Origin: Elsinoe ampelina
Lineage: Eukaryota
Direction of reading: 5' to 3'
Assembly (NCBI GenBank): GCA_010093995.1
Contig: ML992503.1
Span: 1 to 64,000, forward strand
Length of the DNA: 64,000 nucleotides
In this document: positions 12,429-25,599 of the stretch, in pieces
How positions within the stretch are numbered: the first letter of the stretch is position 1
Layout of the letters: every line of letters starts with the position of its first letter
Notes under the pieces: model-generated
Databases searched by the model: none
Told to the model about the DNA's origin: nothing
What the model saw: the letters and a program-made list of their open reading frames with translations, nothing else
Made by a program: the position numbers and the translations under genes

Positions 12429-14046
12429 TTATCGGGCTTTGATATGACAATTGAGATCCCATTGCCAATGAAACCACTTGTTTTTTGTCTTCCATTCCTT
12501 CTCCGGCTCGACCAGCTCAAGGTCATACTTCTGGAACAAAGTTCCAATGATCTTGTAGATCTCGACCTGCGCTACATTCTTACCAATGCAGGCCCGCTTG
12601 CCGTATCCGAAACTCATATCTGTCTCCCGCATGCGTTGGGTTCTCTCCTGGAAGACCTCGATCGCTTCTCCATCCTTCTTGAGCCATCTTTCGGGCACAA
12701 ACTTCTCGACGTCGGATCCGTACACTTCATTGTTATAGTGAATGACGGCTGGGTTGATGCCAACTACTGTGCCTCCGGGGAGGAATTCTCCATCTGGCAG
12801 CTTGAAGCCTTCTGCAGGTACTAATCTCTCCAAGGACAACGCAACAGCGGGATGCAGTCTAACGCTTTCTCTGATGACGGCGTCCAGGTATGGTAATTTG
12901 CTCGCATCCTTCCAGTTGATGATACCGCTATCTGATGATACGGCATCAAGCTCGGCCTGTAGCTTGCGAATCTTGCTTGGATCTTTACACAAGAAGTACA
13001 CAATGGCTCGTAGCTCGATAGCTGTGGTATCAGAACCAGCGATGACGCTTGCCATGACCCAAGCCAATACATGTTGATCGGTGACGGCTTCACTACCATC
13101 TCTGAGATCAAGAAAGTCGTCGAGAAGATCGCGTTGCACTTCATGACCAGCGGTCTTGGAGTCTCGTCGACCTTCGGAGCGATCTTTCTCTCGTTCTCCG
13201 ATAGTCCCTAGTGCAAAGCCGAGGGCGGCTTGAGAAGCAGGTGGACCATTACGCCAATAGAGGTTCTTGTCAAGAAGCTTATCCAGCCATGGCATTTGGC
13301 CGATGACAGCTTGGTAGTTGAGTGCTTCTTGACCATAGAGAATGAGGTTGTCGATATCGGAGCCGTTCCGCAAGAAGCCCAAATTGCGAGAGAAGGTGAC
13401 GGCGGAGATGATGTCCCAGGCCACTGCATGACTTAGTAGAGGGTCAAGCGACAGCGAGATGTTGCTTACAAAGATGCAGCCATAGACTAATGTCGCATGG
13501 CTCGCCGGAGATGACAAACTGTTCCTCCAATCGTTGAGTAAAGTACTTGATGATGTCGGTCATCAAACCCTCGAATTGAAGGACATTTGTGGTAGTAAAG
13601 ACGGAATGGACCGGCTTGGTCATTGCTGTGTGCCAATTTTCGTCTCGAGTGCTGAAGACGTTGCTCAGGATCTGCTTGCCCAGAACAAAATCATGTACGT
13701 TGTAGAATGCAGACTACATCAAACGGATTAGGTCGGCTACTAGAACTACAGAGTCACTCACTTTCTCCCATCTGGTCTTGCTAGAATAGATTACTTTGAT
13801 CAGATCAGGGTCATTGATTGATACGCATTTGGGTCCGAGGCGCACAACCGATCCATGTTGCTTGTGCAGCTTTCTGTGAACCTCATGAGCATTGCCTTTC
13901 CAAACAACGAGCAGTCGCCACAGATCGGTCAATTTCGCCGCAAAGGGACCAGGAATGCGATTGAGAGGAGATGTCAGAAGAGGCACGACGAATACAACGA
14001 CGGCCGCGGCCAAGCCAGTCCCGATGGCAAAGGCAGTGACAGCCAT
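12429..14046 (-). CDS. Cytochrome P450 monooxygenase, 3 exons (introns ~13714-13761 and ~13426-13470)
   Basis: N-terminal TM segment plus IPGP, then AGSDTT (I-helix), ESVR (ExxR), PERW and the heme motif FGYGKRACIG. Confidence 0.95.
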
Positions 14047-15121
14047 CCCGGATCTACTGCGTCGAAGGATTGGAGAGCACAAGGTGATAGCGACGGAGCA
14101 GGTTGATAGGGAGCCAACAGTGACCTACATATTGAGATGAACACAGACGTGTTGATGTCTGAGGTTGTGAGAGCTGAGATGCGGCACAGCTACAGTCTGC
14201 CGCCTGTCGTCATGGCCAAACGCGAGAGCGGAGATAGGCTGTGGACATGAGTTGGTGGCGCTGCGGCATGCAAGGGCCGGCCGTCGATAGATGAAGTTTT
14301 CCAGAAAGTGATGAGCACAGGATGAGTTCGCCCGTCATCGGTCCGTACCGGATCGAAGTCAAAGAGTGGTTGATGGCGTCGGTCCTACGACGACAAGGAC
14401 AATTCCCGGGCATGGAATCACCAGGGTGCTAGCGTTTTGCATTAGCGGGAGAGTCTGTGTGTTGATAGGCCCACGACAGTAGAACCAACTTGTCAAGGCT
14501 GTGATGGAAAGACACCGGTTCTGAAAGTTCCAAGTTGATCGATCTGTCGCAAGCAATAATGTAACTTAGCCCGGACTTTTGTGTGGAGGTGAGGCCATTT
14601 CCGGGACACTGACACCGGAGGCTGATGACGATCACTGGCAAGCTCGTCACCTCTCCCGCACCTGTTGTTTCTTTGTTCATCAAGTGCCAACAGGGTACAT
14701 GGCCTAGGATACTGAAGCTACTCTCGCGGATCCCAACTCCCTGTGTATTTGTCCAGAGTCTCTCTGATCCGGGAGAACGATCGATGCGACCTCGATGACC
14801 TAGACGAATGATCCATTGTTGCCAGGAGCAGACTGTCGCAAGCGAGGACGACCTTGTAGGCCCACATCATCGAGGCCGACTGCATGAGATCTGCGAGACG
14901 CAGACAACTCTAGCCTCACCAACACGGGTCCAGCTAGGTAGTCCGCGTCCAGCTAGTCACCCTTTTCTGATTTCGTGTCGTTCGTCCTCCGATTGCAAAT
15001 GTATGGGTGCATCACGAACAGTATGTAATCCTGGCAATCCGTATCTGGATGCCCTTCTTCCTTTGACCTTGTTCATGTCTATGAGCCTTACCACCATCTC
15101 ACATACCACCACGCAATCGAC

Positions 15122-16382
15122 ATGGCCAAAGACCTTCGACCCACCGTGTTCGCGATATTGGTACTGGAGGTACTGCTTGCTTTGCCTCTCGTTGTGGGAA
15201 GATTATGGTCGAGGCGCATCAAGCGCGCACTGGCTTGGGATGATGCTCTAGTAGTCGTCGGATATGTAGGTAACAATCAGGTACTGACGGGAAACGCACT
15301 GATCCGATCCAGTCATTCGTGCTTGCTTACACAATCGGCATGTGTGTATGTGTGGTCCAAGGGTTCGGCAGACCAGCAACGAATTACAGCGTGCCCGGGT
15401 ACATCGAGATCATCAAGACCGAAAGGATCTCTCAAGGCATTTGCGTCCTTGCATACATTCCGACAAAAGCTGCCGTCGCGGCGACACAAATGCGCATCTT
15501 CCCGGGCAAGATCCTACATGCGGTGCTGTGGTTTGTGATCTTTTCGCTCTTCGCATCGTATGGAATCAACACAATCTTGTGGTATCTCGAATGCCGACCC
15601 ATCTCGGCAACATGGAATAGAACACCTACCTCTGATTGCTGGGTATGTGGTCAGAACCAACTGCCCGACCTTGACTGATGGCTTGACAGAACCCCAATGT
15701 CTATCTGTACAATTCGTACTTCACTGGGTGTAAGTGCCGAGCTCTCTCGCGTAGGAATGGGCTACTGATGAATTGACAGCCTGGGGGGCATTTCTTGACT
15801 TTGTCTTGGTGGCCATACCATGGTTCTACATTTCCAAGCTGAACATGAAGCGAAGAGATCGTATCGCTGTAGCATCTGCCATGAGCCTGGGTATCTTGTA
15901 AGTAGTCATGGCACGATGATATTGTGTTAGTGAGCTGATCAGGTTCAGTGCGGGTGTCACTGCCATCATCAAGACTCAGGCGCTAGGAAGCGTTACGTCG
16001 AGAACGGATTACGCATGTTGGTAGTCGTTGGCCCCGAATGAAATCATCAGCTGACATGCTCATAGATGACACGATCGGACTTGTACTCTGGGCAGCCACG
16101 GAGCTGTTTTGTGTCCAGGTTGCTGCTTGCTTACCGCTATGCCGCCCAGTGGTTCAGCAGATTACAGGAAAATGGCATTCGACAAGAGGCGGCACCGGAC
16201 CAAAGATCTCATATCCTCTCAATGACTCGATCTCGAAAGGCTCGGAGAATAAGACGTCGCCGCATCATCATCGGGTCTTGAGGTCGCGGACAGATAGTGA
16301 AGAGCAGATACTCGTCGAGGCTGGCCTCGCCCGAGCTCCAGCCATGCCGCACATGGCGCATAAGTATGGTAGAATGTTGTGA
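15122..16382 (+). CDS. PTH11/SAT4-like rhodopsin-domain integral membrane protein, multiple introns
   Basis: RLWSR..LAWDD, ECRPISATWN, DFVLVAIPW..KLNMKRRDRIAVASAMSLG and LVLWAATE..VAACLPLCRP, spread over exons split by GT-AG introns. Confidence 0.85.
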
Positions 16383-16740
16383 GCGATGCGTGGTCAATGG
16401 TGGTCTGATGGTACGATTATGTACAGTATGGCAATTGACTCGTTCATGACTCAACAACAGCATGTTGCTCAGGTCTTGATAGCTTAGTCATGGGCTAGAT
16501 CAGATTAGATACAGATTGCGGATCTGGCGGATCTCGGATGGCATCATGACCACTTCTGTCCCAATTTTCCGAGCATGTGAACGCCCGAGCTGACCTTGTT
16601 TCTCCCACCTAAACGACTGCCTGCTGATATGTCTCAGCCTGACACCAGCCCCTCATGTTCAGCCTGAGGGACATATCCAGCTCTCATCTCTGAACGATAT
16701 GTGATCGTCTCACCCCACCAGCGACACACAAACACACAGC

Positions 16741-18012
16741 ATGGCCGAATCCGACGGCACGCGACAGCGAAAACCTCTCACATCACTTCAACCAAATGGC
16801 CATCTCGTCCACGAGCTCAAGCATGCACCCAAAGACGATCATCCTGCAGGTCCAGTCAAGCATGGCAAGCCGAAAGAAGTCCTCCGCATACTCCTCTTCG
16901 CCCTCTACTTCTTTGGCAGCTGCCTGTTCATCCACGCCAGTCAGATACTGGGCATACCATTATACTGGATTGACCGTGACCAATACTACACATGGATGGC
17001 CGTAACGAAGCAGCACTTTGGGCTTCTCATCACGACCATGACACAGTGGTGGTCTCCTACGATAGTTCGCATCTCCGGGGACTCTTCAATGGCAGGTCAA
17101 CTGCACGTCACACCCGACGGTCGTGTGGAGTGCGCTTTTCCAGAACGTCTTGTTCTGGTCGCAAATCACCAGATCTATACCGATTGGCTGTACCTGTGGT
17201 GGATCGCCTACACTGCTGGACAGCACGGTCATATCTACATTATCCTCAAACAGTCCCTCAAGTGGGTACCTCTTATCGGCCCTGCTATGCAGCTTTACAG
17301 TTTCATCTTTATGGCGCGGAAGTGGGCTTCGGATCAGGCACGTATGGCCTATCGACTACAAAAGCTTCGGACTGAACACAAGGACGATAAGGGCAACACA
17401 TACCTTGATCCCATGTGGTTGCTCATCTTTCCAGAAGGCACGAATCTATCGGCCAATACGCGAGCCAGTTCAGCCAAATGGGCTGAGAAGAGCGGGACAA
17501 AAGACTTGAAACATGCTCTACTACCCAGAAGCACCGGCCTGCAATTCTGCCTGGCTCAGCTCAAGGGAAGTGTGGATTATGTCTACGATTGCACCATTGC
17601 CTACGAGAGAATACCCGAGGGCCAGTATGGTCAGGACATCTACACACTCAGGTCGGTTTATTTCCAGGGTCGCCCACCGAAGAGTGTGAACATGCACTGG
17701 CGGAGATTCAAAGTCGCGGACATCCCCGTCGACGAAAAGGAGGCCATGGAGAAGTGGGTGTTGGACAGATGGGCGGAGAAGGACGAGCTACTAGAACAGC
17801 ACCATCAGACGGGCAGATTCCCGAGCGATGCTGTGGCTGTTACAATCCAGGGAAAGAAAGAGCATGAAGTGGTGCATATCGAGACAGAGGTCAGACCGAA
17901 GAACCCAATTGAGTTCCTGCAGATCTTTGTGCCGGTCACTGCCGTGGCGCTGGTGGTCAATGTTTTGGTCGGATTGGGTACGTTTGCGACAACGGGCAGA
18001 TTCAGGAAGTAG
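16741..18012 (+). CDS. Lysophospholipid acyltransferase (PlsC family, CST26/LCLAT1-like)
   Basis: NHQIYTDW (NHx4D), IFPEGT, LLPRSTG and YDCTIAY motifs, with TM segments at both ends. Confidence 0.9.
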   Translation: MAESDGTRQRKPLTSLQPNGHLVHELKHAPKDDHPAGPVKHGKPKEVLRILLFALYFFGSCLFIHASQILGIPLYWIDRDQYYTWMAVTKQHFGLLITTMTQWWSPTIVRISGDSSMAGQLHVTPDGRVECAFPERLVLVANHQIYTDWLYLWWIAYTAGQHGHIYIILKQSLKWVPLIGPAMQLYSFIFMARKWASDQARMAYRLQKLRTEHKDDKGNTYLDPMWLLIFPEGTNLSANTRASSAKWAEKSGTKDLKHALLPRSTGLQFCLAQLKGSVDYVYDCTIAYERIPEGQYGQDIYTLRSVYFQGRPPKSVNMHWRRFKVADIPVDEKEAMEKWVLDRWAEKDELLEQHHQTGRFPSDAVAVTIQGKKEHEVVHIETEVRPKNPIEFLQIFVPVTAVALVVNVLVGLGTFATTGRFRK

Positions 18013-18188
18013 AACGAGTAGAGGACGGCGTTGGTCTTTTTTGCTTCGCTGCTTGGACATTACGATACCCCTTCTTTCACGACGCGATGACTTGGATGCT
18101 TGAGCACGAGTTGGAGACCAGGTTCAGTGGCGGCGTTATACCTAGAAATTGCCGCACAAATGATATTCTTCCCTCCTACTTCCCGCCA

Positions 18189-19442
18189 TCATAGGCTAAA
18201 CCTAGTCCTGACCTTCTCGCTCTTGCCCTTCCACTCCCACTCCTGTCCGCTTGTCCTTTGGATACCACGATCGATCCGTCTCAGCTTCAGTGTAAATCGT
18301 GGTCCCAACTCTTGTAGACCAGTCCTGATATCCTCGACACCCTTGATCGGCTTTCCATCTGCGCCCTGCACACTCTTTTCGCTCCCTCGCTTATCCCGGA
18401 AGACGTACCTGTGGCGCCGCACAAAGATATAGTCACGCTGGTTGTGTAGCGTCACCACCGTCCTTCCTTGCAACTCGGGCTGTGGGGGAAACAGTTGCCG
18501 GAAGAGATGCGCCGTCAGTAGACCGAGAGGTGTTCGGAACCCGTTCAAGATCAGCTCCGGATCGTGACCAGTCGGATTGCCATGTCCAGGTAGCTTCGCC
18601 CCTTCAATCCAATTCGAGATGCTAAAGTGAAACATGGGCCCATTCGGCAGATGTACAATGTCCAGTCCTGAAGGCCGCTTGAGGTCTTCATTGAGGATGA
18701 CTAGGCAAGTGTAATTCCGATTCGAGGCAAAGCTGGCTATCTCTCGCACGGAGTACTTGTGTCCGTGGAAATGGGTAGTGCGAGGGACGAAGTTTGAATT
18801 CGGGAACAGTGAGGTCAAGATGTGGACTTCGTTCTTGAGTCGCGCGTTGATGCCGGTCGTGACGAGGACTTTTGGTGGATGTTCGAGAGGTGCGAAGAGG
18901 GAGGGAAATCGCGATTGAAGATTCTCCGGTGTCAAAGTAAGGTCTGTTGCTGTAGAGGGCGCTGGACTGGGTGCTCGTTTGCCGTTGCTGGCATCCTTGG
19001 TCTCATCCTCTCCTGCTGCATCCTCGTCCTCTGAGTCCGAATCTAGCATACTGTCCAAGTCGTCGTCCTTGCCTTCGGCTTCGTCGACTCCGTCCTCTCC
19101 TCCTGCAATCTCCTTGTGGTTGACTTCATCGTCAGGTCCAGGTGTTTCCAGTTCCTCCCCATCATCCACCTTGCGTCTCTTGATGGCCTGGAGATCCACA
19201 GACAGTCCCAGGTTTAGATCTTCATCCCCTTCTACATCGTCCCAGGTTCTTTTCGAGTCGATTGTCGCCGGGACATTCCTAGCCCGACGCTCCTCTCTTA
19301 GCTTCGGGTTCTTGTCCTCATTTCTTCTCCGCCGTAATCGCTCATCCCTCTTGACACTCTCCTTTGCCTTTTTGAGTTTCAGCAGCTGCTCTTGCCTCTT
19401 GATCTTGTTCGGTATGCCTCTCGGATCGCTGAGAATTGCCAT
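18189..19442 (-). CDS. RPF1: Brix-domain ribosome biogenesis factor
   Basis: PKVLVTT, HLPNGPMFHF, PELILNGFRTPLG, TLHNQRDYIFVRRHRY and LQELGPRFTLKL. Confidence 0.92.
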   Translation of the reverse strand: MAILSDPRGIPNKIKRQEQLLKLKKAKESVKRDERLRRRRNEDKNPKLREERRARNVPATIDSKRTWDDVEGDEDLNLGLSVDLQAIKRRKVDDGEELETPGPDDEVNHKEIAGGEDGVDEAEGKDDDLDSMLDSDSEDEDAAGEDETKDASNGKRAPSPAPSTATDLTLTPENLQSRFPSLFAPLEHPPKVLVTTGINARLKNEVHILTSLFPNSNFVPRTTHFHGHKYSVREIASFASNRNYTCLVILNEDLKRPSGLDIVHLPNGPMFHFSISNWIEGAKLPGHGNPTGHDPELILNGFRTPLGLLTAHLFRQLFPPQPELQGRTVVTLHNQRDYIFVRRHRYVFRDKRGSEKSVQGADGKPIKGVEDIRTGLQELGPRFTLKLRRIDRGIQRTSGQEWEWKGKSEKVRTRFSL

Positions 19443-19720
19443 GATGTCGTTTGAAAGAAGTGTGAGGAAGTTGTTAGAGAAAATGAGATTCTTCTGCCTC
19501 CGAGACCCTGGAACTTTTTTTGTGGCGAGCTACCAAAGTCTTGGCACGGCGGAGTTCGAAATTCCGGAGCGACAACTTCGTTTCAAGAAATGGATGACTC
19601 TTGTTCCCTCTCACGTTTCAGACCTTCCCTGTCGACGCAAAAACATCCGACATCTGACTGCTTCTCCTGCTCGTATACTGATACGGTCTTGAAGCAATTG
19701 GACTGCTGGCCTGCCTGTGG

Positions 19721-21935
19721 ATGCGACTCTCGGTCTCTAAATTTGAACGCTTCTGTACATCGTCTATAATAGCCAGGCAACAGATCTGGCGTATTGAAAG
19801 GACACAAAAAATCTGCTCAAGACAGGCTTCATCGACTCAAGGCCGAGCATTCAGCACGACTACTCAGCTACGGCGTTACGAAGCCGCCGTCAAGCAGAGA
19901 TTACCACACAAAATGTCCTCAGATTACAAGACGCAGAAGGGCCAGGAATTTGACAGAGGAGCTTTCGAGTCCCTACTAAGACGCAAAGTCTTCCTCTGGC
20001 AATCCTTTGAGCCGTATGGGTCAGTCAAAGGTCTCTTCGACTATGGTCCGCCACTCGAGGGTCTGGAGAGCGAAGTACTCAGCATTTGGAGAGATCACTT
20101 CATCCGAGCCGAGAAAATGATGGCACTCAAGTGCTCCATGCTCACGCCTTACGAAGTCTTCAAGGTATCTGGTCACGTGGAGCGTTTCGCAGATTTCATG
20201 TGCAAGGACCCGAAGACCGGCGAGATTCTCCGATCTGACCATTTGATTGGCGACGTGCTGGAATCGCGGCTCAAATCTGACAAGGAAGCTCGTGGTGAGA
20301 AGATTGAGGAGACTGAAGAGGATCCAAAGCGCAAGAAAAAAGCCGCCAAAGCTGCCAAGGGTGCTGTCAAGCTAGACGATAAAGTCCGCGCAGAGTACGA
20401 GCACATCCTTGCTGTCCTGGACGACTTCACTGGCGATGCTATGGGCGAGCTTATCAAGAAGCACGACATTCGCAATCCCGCATCCGGCAACGAAGTCGAG
20501 CCTCCCGTCTCGGTCAATCTGATGTTCCAGACACAGATTGGTGCAACTGGTAACAACCCTGCTTTCCTCCGTCCCGAGACCGCCCAGGGTCAATTCCTCT
20601 CCTTCCAGAAGCTCCTCGAGTTTAGCGACGGTCAGCTACCATTCGCCTCCGCCAGTATCGGCTACTCATTCCGCAACGAATTGTCTCCAAGATCTGGTCT
20701 ACTTCGAGTGCGGGAATTTCTTATGGCTGAGATTGAGCATTTCGTAGACCCAGAGTCTGGCAAGAAACACCCCAAGTTCGCGTCTGTGGCCAATGTTGAG
20801 CTACCTCTCCTAAGCCGGCAAACACAAACGAGCGGCGTGACAAAGCCAGAAATGGTGGCCATTGGCAAGGCGGTTGAGAGCAAGCTCGTCGACAACGAAA
20901 CGCTCGGCTATTTCCTCGTCCGCATCTACGAATTCATGAAGCGTATCGGTATCGATCTCAACAAGCTTCGATTCCGTCAGCACCTCGAAAACGAAATGGC
21001 TCACTATGCCAGTGACTGCTGGGACTGCGAATTGCTCAACTCTTACGGCTGGACCGAGTGTGTTGGCTGTGCAGATCGATCCGCATACGACTTGAGCGTG
21101 CATTCGAAAGCTACCGGTCAGCCTCTTGTAGCAAAGGAAATGCTCAAGGAGCCATATACCGTCGAGGAATACGTCGCAGTATTGGACAGGAAGAAGGCTG
21201 GTCCACGTTTCAAGAAGGACGCCAAAGCAGTGGAGACGGCCCTCGAGGAGTTATCACAAGACATCAAGGAGAAGCTGACGCTCGAGATGAGCGAGAAGGG
21301 TAAGGTGGAAGTGCCCGTCTCCAGTGTCGAGGGAGGTAAGGTAGAGCTCGACAAGGACCTCGTCACGTTTGAGAAGCAGAAGCGTCTGGTCAACAGCCGC
21401 GAGTACACGCCGAATGTCATCGAGCCGTCTTTTGGTATCGGCCGCATTCTGTATTCCCTGATGGAGCACAGCTACTGGACTCGCGCGGACGATGTAGCAC
21501 GATCGGTGAGTCTCCTTGATTTCCGCGTTCTCGGTGCATTGACTGATGATCCAGGTTCTCTCCTTCACTCCTAGAGTCGCCCCCATCAAAGTCCTCCTTG
21601 TCCCTCTTCAGCGCGACACCCGCTTCGCCCCTCTCATCTCCGCCCTCGAAGCCCGCCTCGACGCAAAGTCAATCTCATACAAGGTCGACCAGTCCGGCGT
21701 GTCTATCGGTAAGCGCTACAGCCGTAACGACGAGCTCGGTATCCCATTCGGTATCACCGTGGACTTTGAGAGTATCGAGGATGGCACATACACGTTGCGT
21801 GACAGAGACAGTACCAAGCAGGTCAGGAGCACAGAGGAGGAGATTGTCAGGGCCATCTCGAGGATGATCAAGGGCAAGGAGAGCTGGGCCGACGTGCAGA
21901 AGAGGTTGCCTGCCTTTGAGACGAAGGAGGAGTAG
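19721..21935 (+). CDS. GRS1: Glycyl-tRNA synthetase, 2 exons (intron 21506-21554); second in-frame ATG at 19913
   Basis: GLFDYGP, SGHVERFAD, LRPETAQG, FRNELSPRSGLLRVREF, VIEPSFGIGR, and the anticodon domain IGKRYSRNDELG. Confidence 0.97.
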
Positions 21936-22045
21936 GTAGAGCAGTTGACGAAGCATGCACGATGGAGGATGAATTGCATGGCCATGACTTTTCCCAATTT
22001 TTGGCGCCATCTACATGGTCTTGATCTGCTGCACAGACGAAGATC

Positions 22046-24485
22046 TCACTGGTCCAGCTCGACATAGTTGGCCGGGAACAGACCTTGCTTGCCGTTATAG
22101 ACTCCCAACCACCAGTCCTCGTCCGGAAATTCCTGCAGTCATAATTAGCGTTACATTGTCATGCTCATATCCGAGTGCACTTACCACTTCCGTAATCTTT
22201 GCACCTTCTGGGAAACTGATCTCATTCTCCTCTGCAGCTTCGTAATCGTATTGTGCAGTCGCTGTGGGTGCCTTCTTTGCCCCTCCAGCAGGACCAGCAG
22301 GAGGTGCGGCTGCGCTCTCTGATGGTCCCGAAGGCGATGGACCGGAATCCTCATCGCCGACAAGTTCGACGTAGTTGCTGGGAAACAAACCCGTCTCACC
22401 CTTACTGTTCTGTCCCATCCACCAGTCTTCGTCTACCATCTCAATGTTAGTGACATATTGTCCTTCCACGAGCTCAATCTCGTTATCCTCCGCTTTTTCA
22501 TAGTCGTATTGGACCAGAGCACGCTTTCCTCCAACACCGGCACCTGGCGCGGCAGCTGCTGCATTGGCGCCAAAGGTGGAAGTAGCGGCAGCTTGCGCCG
22601 CACCACGCGCATCGTCGTCGTCTTGCTGTTGGGGTTCCGGCTCTGGCGATACAGCCATTGCAGCAGCAGCGACCGATGCAGCCGGGATCGAGGGTGGCTC
22701 CGAAGTCTCAATCTCTTCCGGTTGAGCTGTGCGAGAGACAGGCATGGCGATGCGCACTGGAGACCCAGATGGTACGGGAGGAGATGGTGAACGAGGTTGA
22801 GCAGGCGGAGGCGGAATGTCGACATGCTCTTCCTCTGGTCGGTCGTTGGTGGATGGTGCTCTCACCGGGAGACCTGGCATTGGCACACCTCGCGCTCCTG
22901 CGTTCGGCTTGCTGGATGTGTCGAGTGCTGGTGGGGCCTCCTTGAATCGGTCCTTGATAGAACCAAAGCCGGTCGAAGGTTCGTCCTCGTCTTGCTGACT
23001 TTCGGGTTCCGGCTCCGCGCTGACATGACTGTTGCCAGTCTTCGTCGTTTGAACATCGCCCCATTTCTTCCCGCTGTAGCCACTCTGCCAACCTCCACTC
23101 TGCTGCGCAGGTAAAGGCGAGGTAGCAGACGTAGAGGACGGGATCGCATCGCCCGTTCCACTTGCTCCTCGTTCTCTCGCCTTCTTCTCGGCCCAGATTT
23201 GCGCAGGTGTCTTTCCTCCTTCATCAGCAAAAGTCTTGCTTGCCGTCCCGACGGGAGCTGCACTGGCCAGGCTCTTTGCACCAAAACCACCTGGAGATGG
23301 TGCTTTGGTCCCCGCAAAGCTGCTGCCGCCTCCAAATTTGTTCGCAACCTTCGGCTTTGGCAGCGATGTCAGCCGCTCCTGCTGTTGGAAGGCGGTAGAC
23401 CTGTCCGCGAGCGATCTTGGTCTCTCATCCTCTTGATCTTGCTGTGCTGGAGGTGATGCGGCTTGGGGCGCTCCTTGAGCCTTTGCGCGAATAGCCGCAA
23501 TGTCGACCTTACCTATTGGTTCGTAGGCACCCTTGACAGTTGTCGGCCGGTCATCTTGTGCACTTCCTTGCTCTTTGGCTTGCCTACGGATGGCAGCAAT
23601 GTCCACTTTACCAATTGGCTGATATCCACCTCTCACCACGTCGGGATTACCGTTGCTGGGGGCTGGCGCCTCGAACCTCGAAGGAGCTTGTTTCTGTGAC
23701 GTGAGCTCCGCCATGTTGACCTTGGTTGGTTTGTATGCAGACTCAACCTTTTCCAGCTGTGACCTCGACACTTGTGGCGCATCTTCACCCCACCCATCAT
23801 TATCCGTACTAGCATTCGGCGCCGCTCGGGAACGTGAACCGAGCGGAGCAAAACCTCCACCACCGCTGACCTTGTTGGGAGTGAAGACTGGCTTTGACGC
23901 GAGAGGGGGAGCTGGCTTGCTGCCAGAGTCGAGCGTCGCTGGGCCCCCAGCATATTTGGAGCCAGACGCATCTGCGACTTTCTGAATGATGCTCTCGGGC
24001 GTTAGGTCTCTGTCTGAGCGGGCCGTGACTTGGACGTGGTAGCCGTGTAGGAGCTTGGAAACGGCCGTCAAATGACTGGTAAAGTATCCCTTCGTCCTTT
24101 CCGGTACTCCTTCTCCGCACCATGCGATCAAGACAGATTTTGGTAGACCAGAATTGGAGTCCTTGACCTTGACAAACGCGAATTGTATGCGGCCATCTGA
24201 GAAGTCTTCGATGAGATCGACGAGCTCTCCCTCTGATCAAGATCAGCCACCAGACGCTTGAAAATGGCGGATCGACTTACCACCCGTCGTTTGGACCTTT
24301 AGTACGCTCTCCTTGGACGAGTCGTTCTGGAATGCGCTTGCTAGTGGTGCCTGAACGGTGAAGAGAGCCCATTGTCCATATGTCGCCGACGAAGCTGCGG
24401 CTCCTGATGGTGAAGGCGCGTCGACTATCTTCTGATAGCTATTCTTGATTGCCGGACCATTCGCGGACAGGTTCAGAGTCGCCAT
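22046..24485 (-). CDS. ABP1: Actin-binding protein: ADF-H domain, Pro-rich linker and two SH3 domains; 3 exons
   Basis: ADF-H ([28 protein letters not shown]) and two SH3 domains ([42 protein letters not shown]). Confidence 0.92.
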
Positions 24486-25099
24486 GATCGGAGAGGATGA
24501 TCCGAGAAGGCGACAGAAGCTGGCAGGTTGGAGGTGGTTGGAAGTGCTGGGAGGGTGTCTTTGTACCGATTCAGACAATGAGATCTGAAATGCAAGTTAA
24601 GGTACAAGAGATCCAAGAAGTCGAGGAAGATCAACGGCTTGAAATCAAGGTTCAGCCAGCAGCATTACAGTGTAGCAACGAATGCGCAGCTTTCCAAGCC
24701 ACAAACGATTCGAGGAACGAGTGAAGCTCTACCGAAGCGTCATCGTCACGCCAAGAAATGCAGAGCCGCAGCCTCACTGCACGTCAAGCTGTAACACCCT
24801 TGCACGCGCGGCATCCCAATCGTTCACTATGGACGGTCTCACTCCACAGACACAACAGAGAATCAGAGCGAGATGATGTACGTTGTCTTGCGTGCATTGA
24901 TGGGAAGGTCGACCCATCCGACCACTTGGGTCACGTCTATGCTGCCGCGACCACACGACTTTCTTTTCATGGCATACCCGATCTCACCACAACATGCACG
25001 CCTGCTACATTCTTAGTGCCTCACTTAGCATCCAAGTAGCTGTGTGACCCACGTCATCGGCCGTCCCGGTCTGCATACCCGCCATGGGATTTGCACCGG

Positions 25100-25483
25100 C
25101 TGCTTTGGGCAGAAAATGCTTCAACATCGGTGTGTCGATCGGTCCTGTGAATGCCATGTGAGGATGCTCTCATCAAGCGAGTGGTCTCAGACTTGCTCAC
25201 CTGGTTGGATGTCGTTCACTCTGATATTCAGCGGCACCAGTTCTTTGGCCAGACTTTGCGTAAAGTACTTGACCGCAGCTTTCGAAGTTGAGTATGCATA
25301 CACCTGACCTCCGTGAGTGTCGGCGGCTATGCTGGCAATATTGACAATCGTCTTCTCTCCTGGGAAGTCTTTCATGGTTCTGATTTCTTCTTTGATAATA
25401 TTCAGGGAGAATCCATACCTAGTGATGATGAGGAAATTCTGCGGGCAGATACCTCTTAGGAAATCGACTTCCGTTGTTGACAT
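25100..25483 (-). pseudogene. Short-chain dehydrogenase/reductase, C-terminal fragment
   Basis: IVNIAS..AYSTSKAAV..LAKEL..IRVNDIQPG (YxxxK). The N-terminal TGxxxGxG region is absent. Confidence 0.75.
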
Positions 25484-25599
25484 GACTTCAGATCGTCCGA
25501 CTCGAGCCTCTAGGCGTGTGTGCAGGTATCACCGCCTTCAAAGCTGCTGTAGCCTAGTCCAACCTGAAGCGTGTTACGTTAGAGTTAGGATGCAAATGA

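Noticed and set aside
18979..19692. 237-aa Ser-rich plus-strand ORF
   Set aside because: It is the antisense shadow of the acidic region of RPF1.
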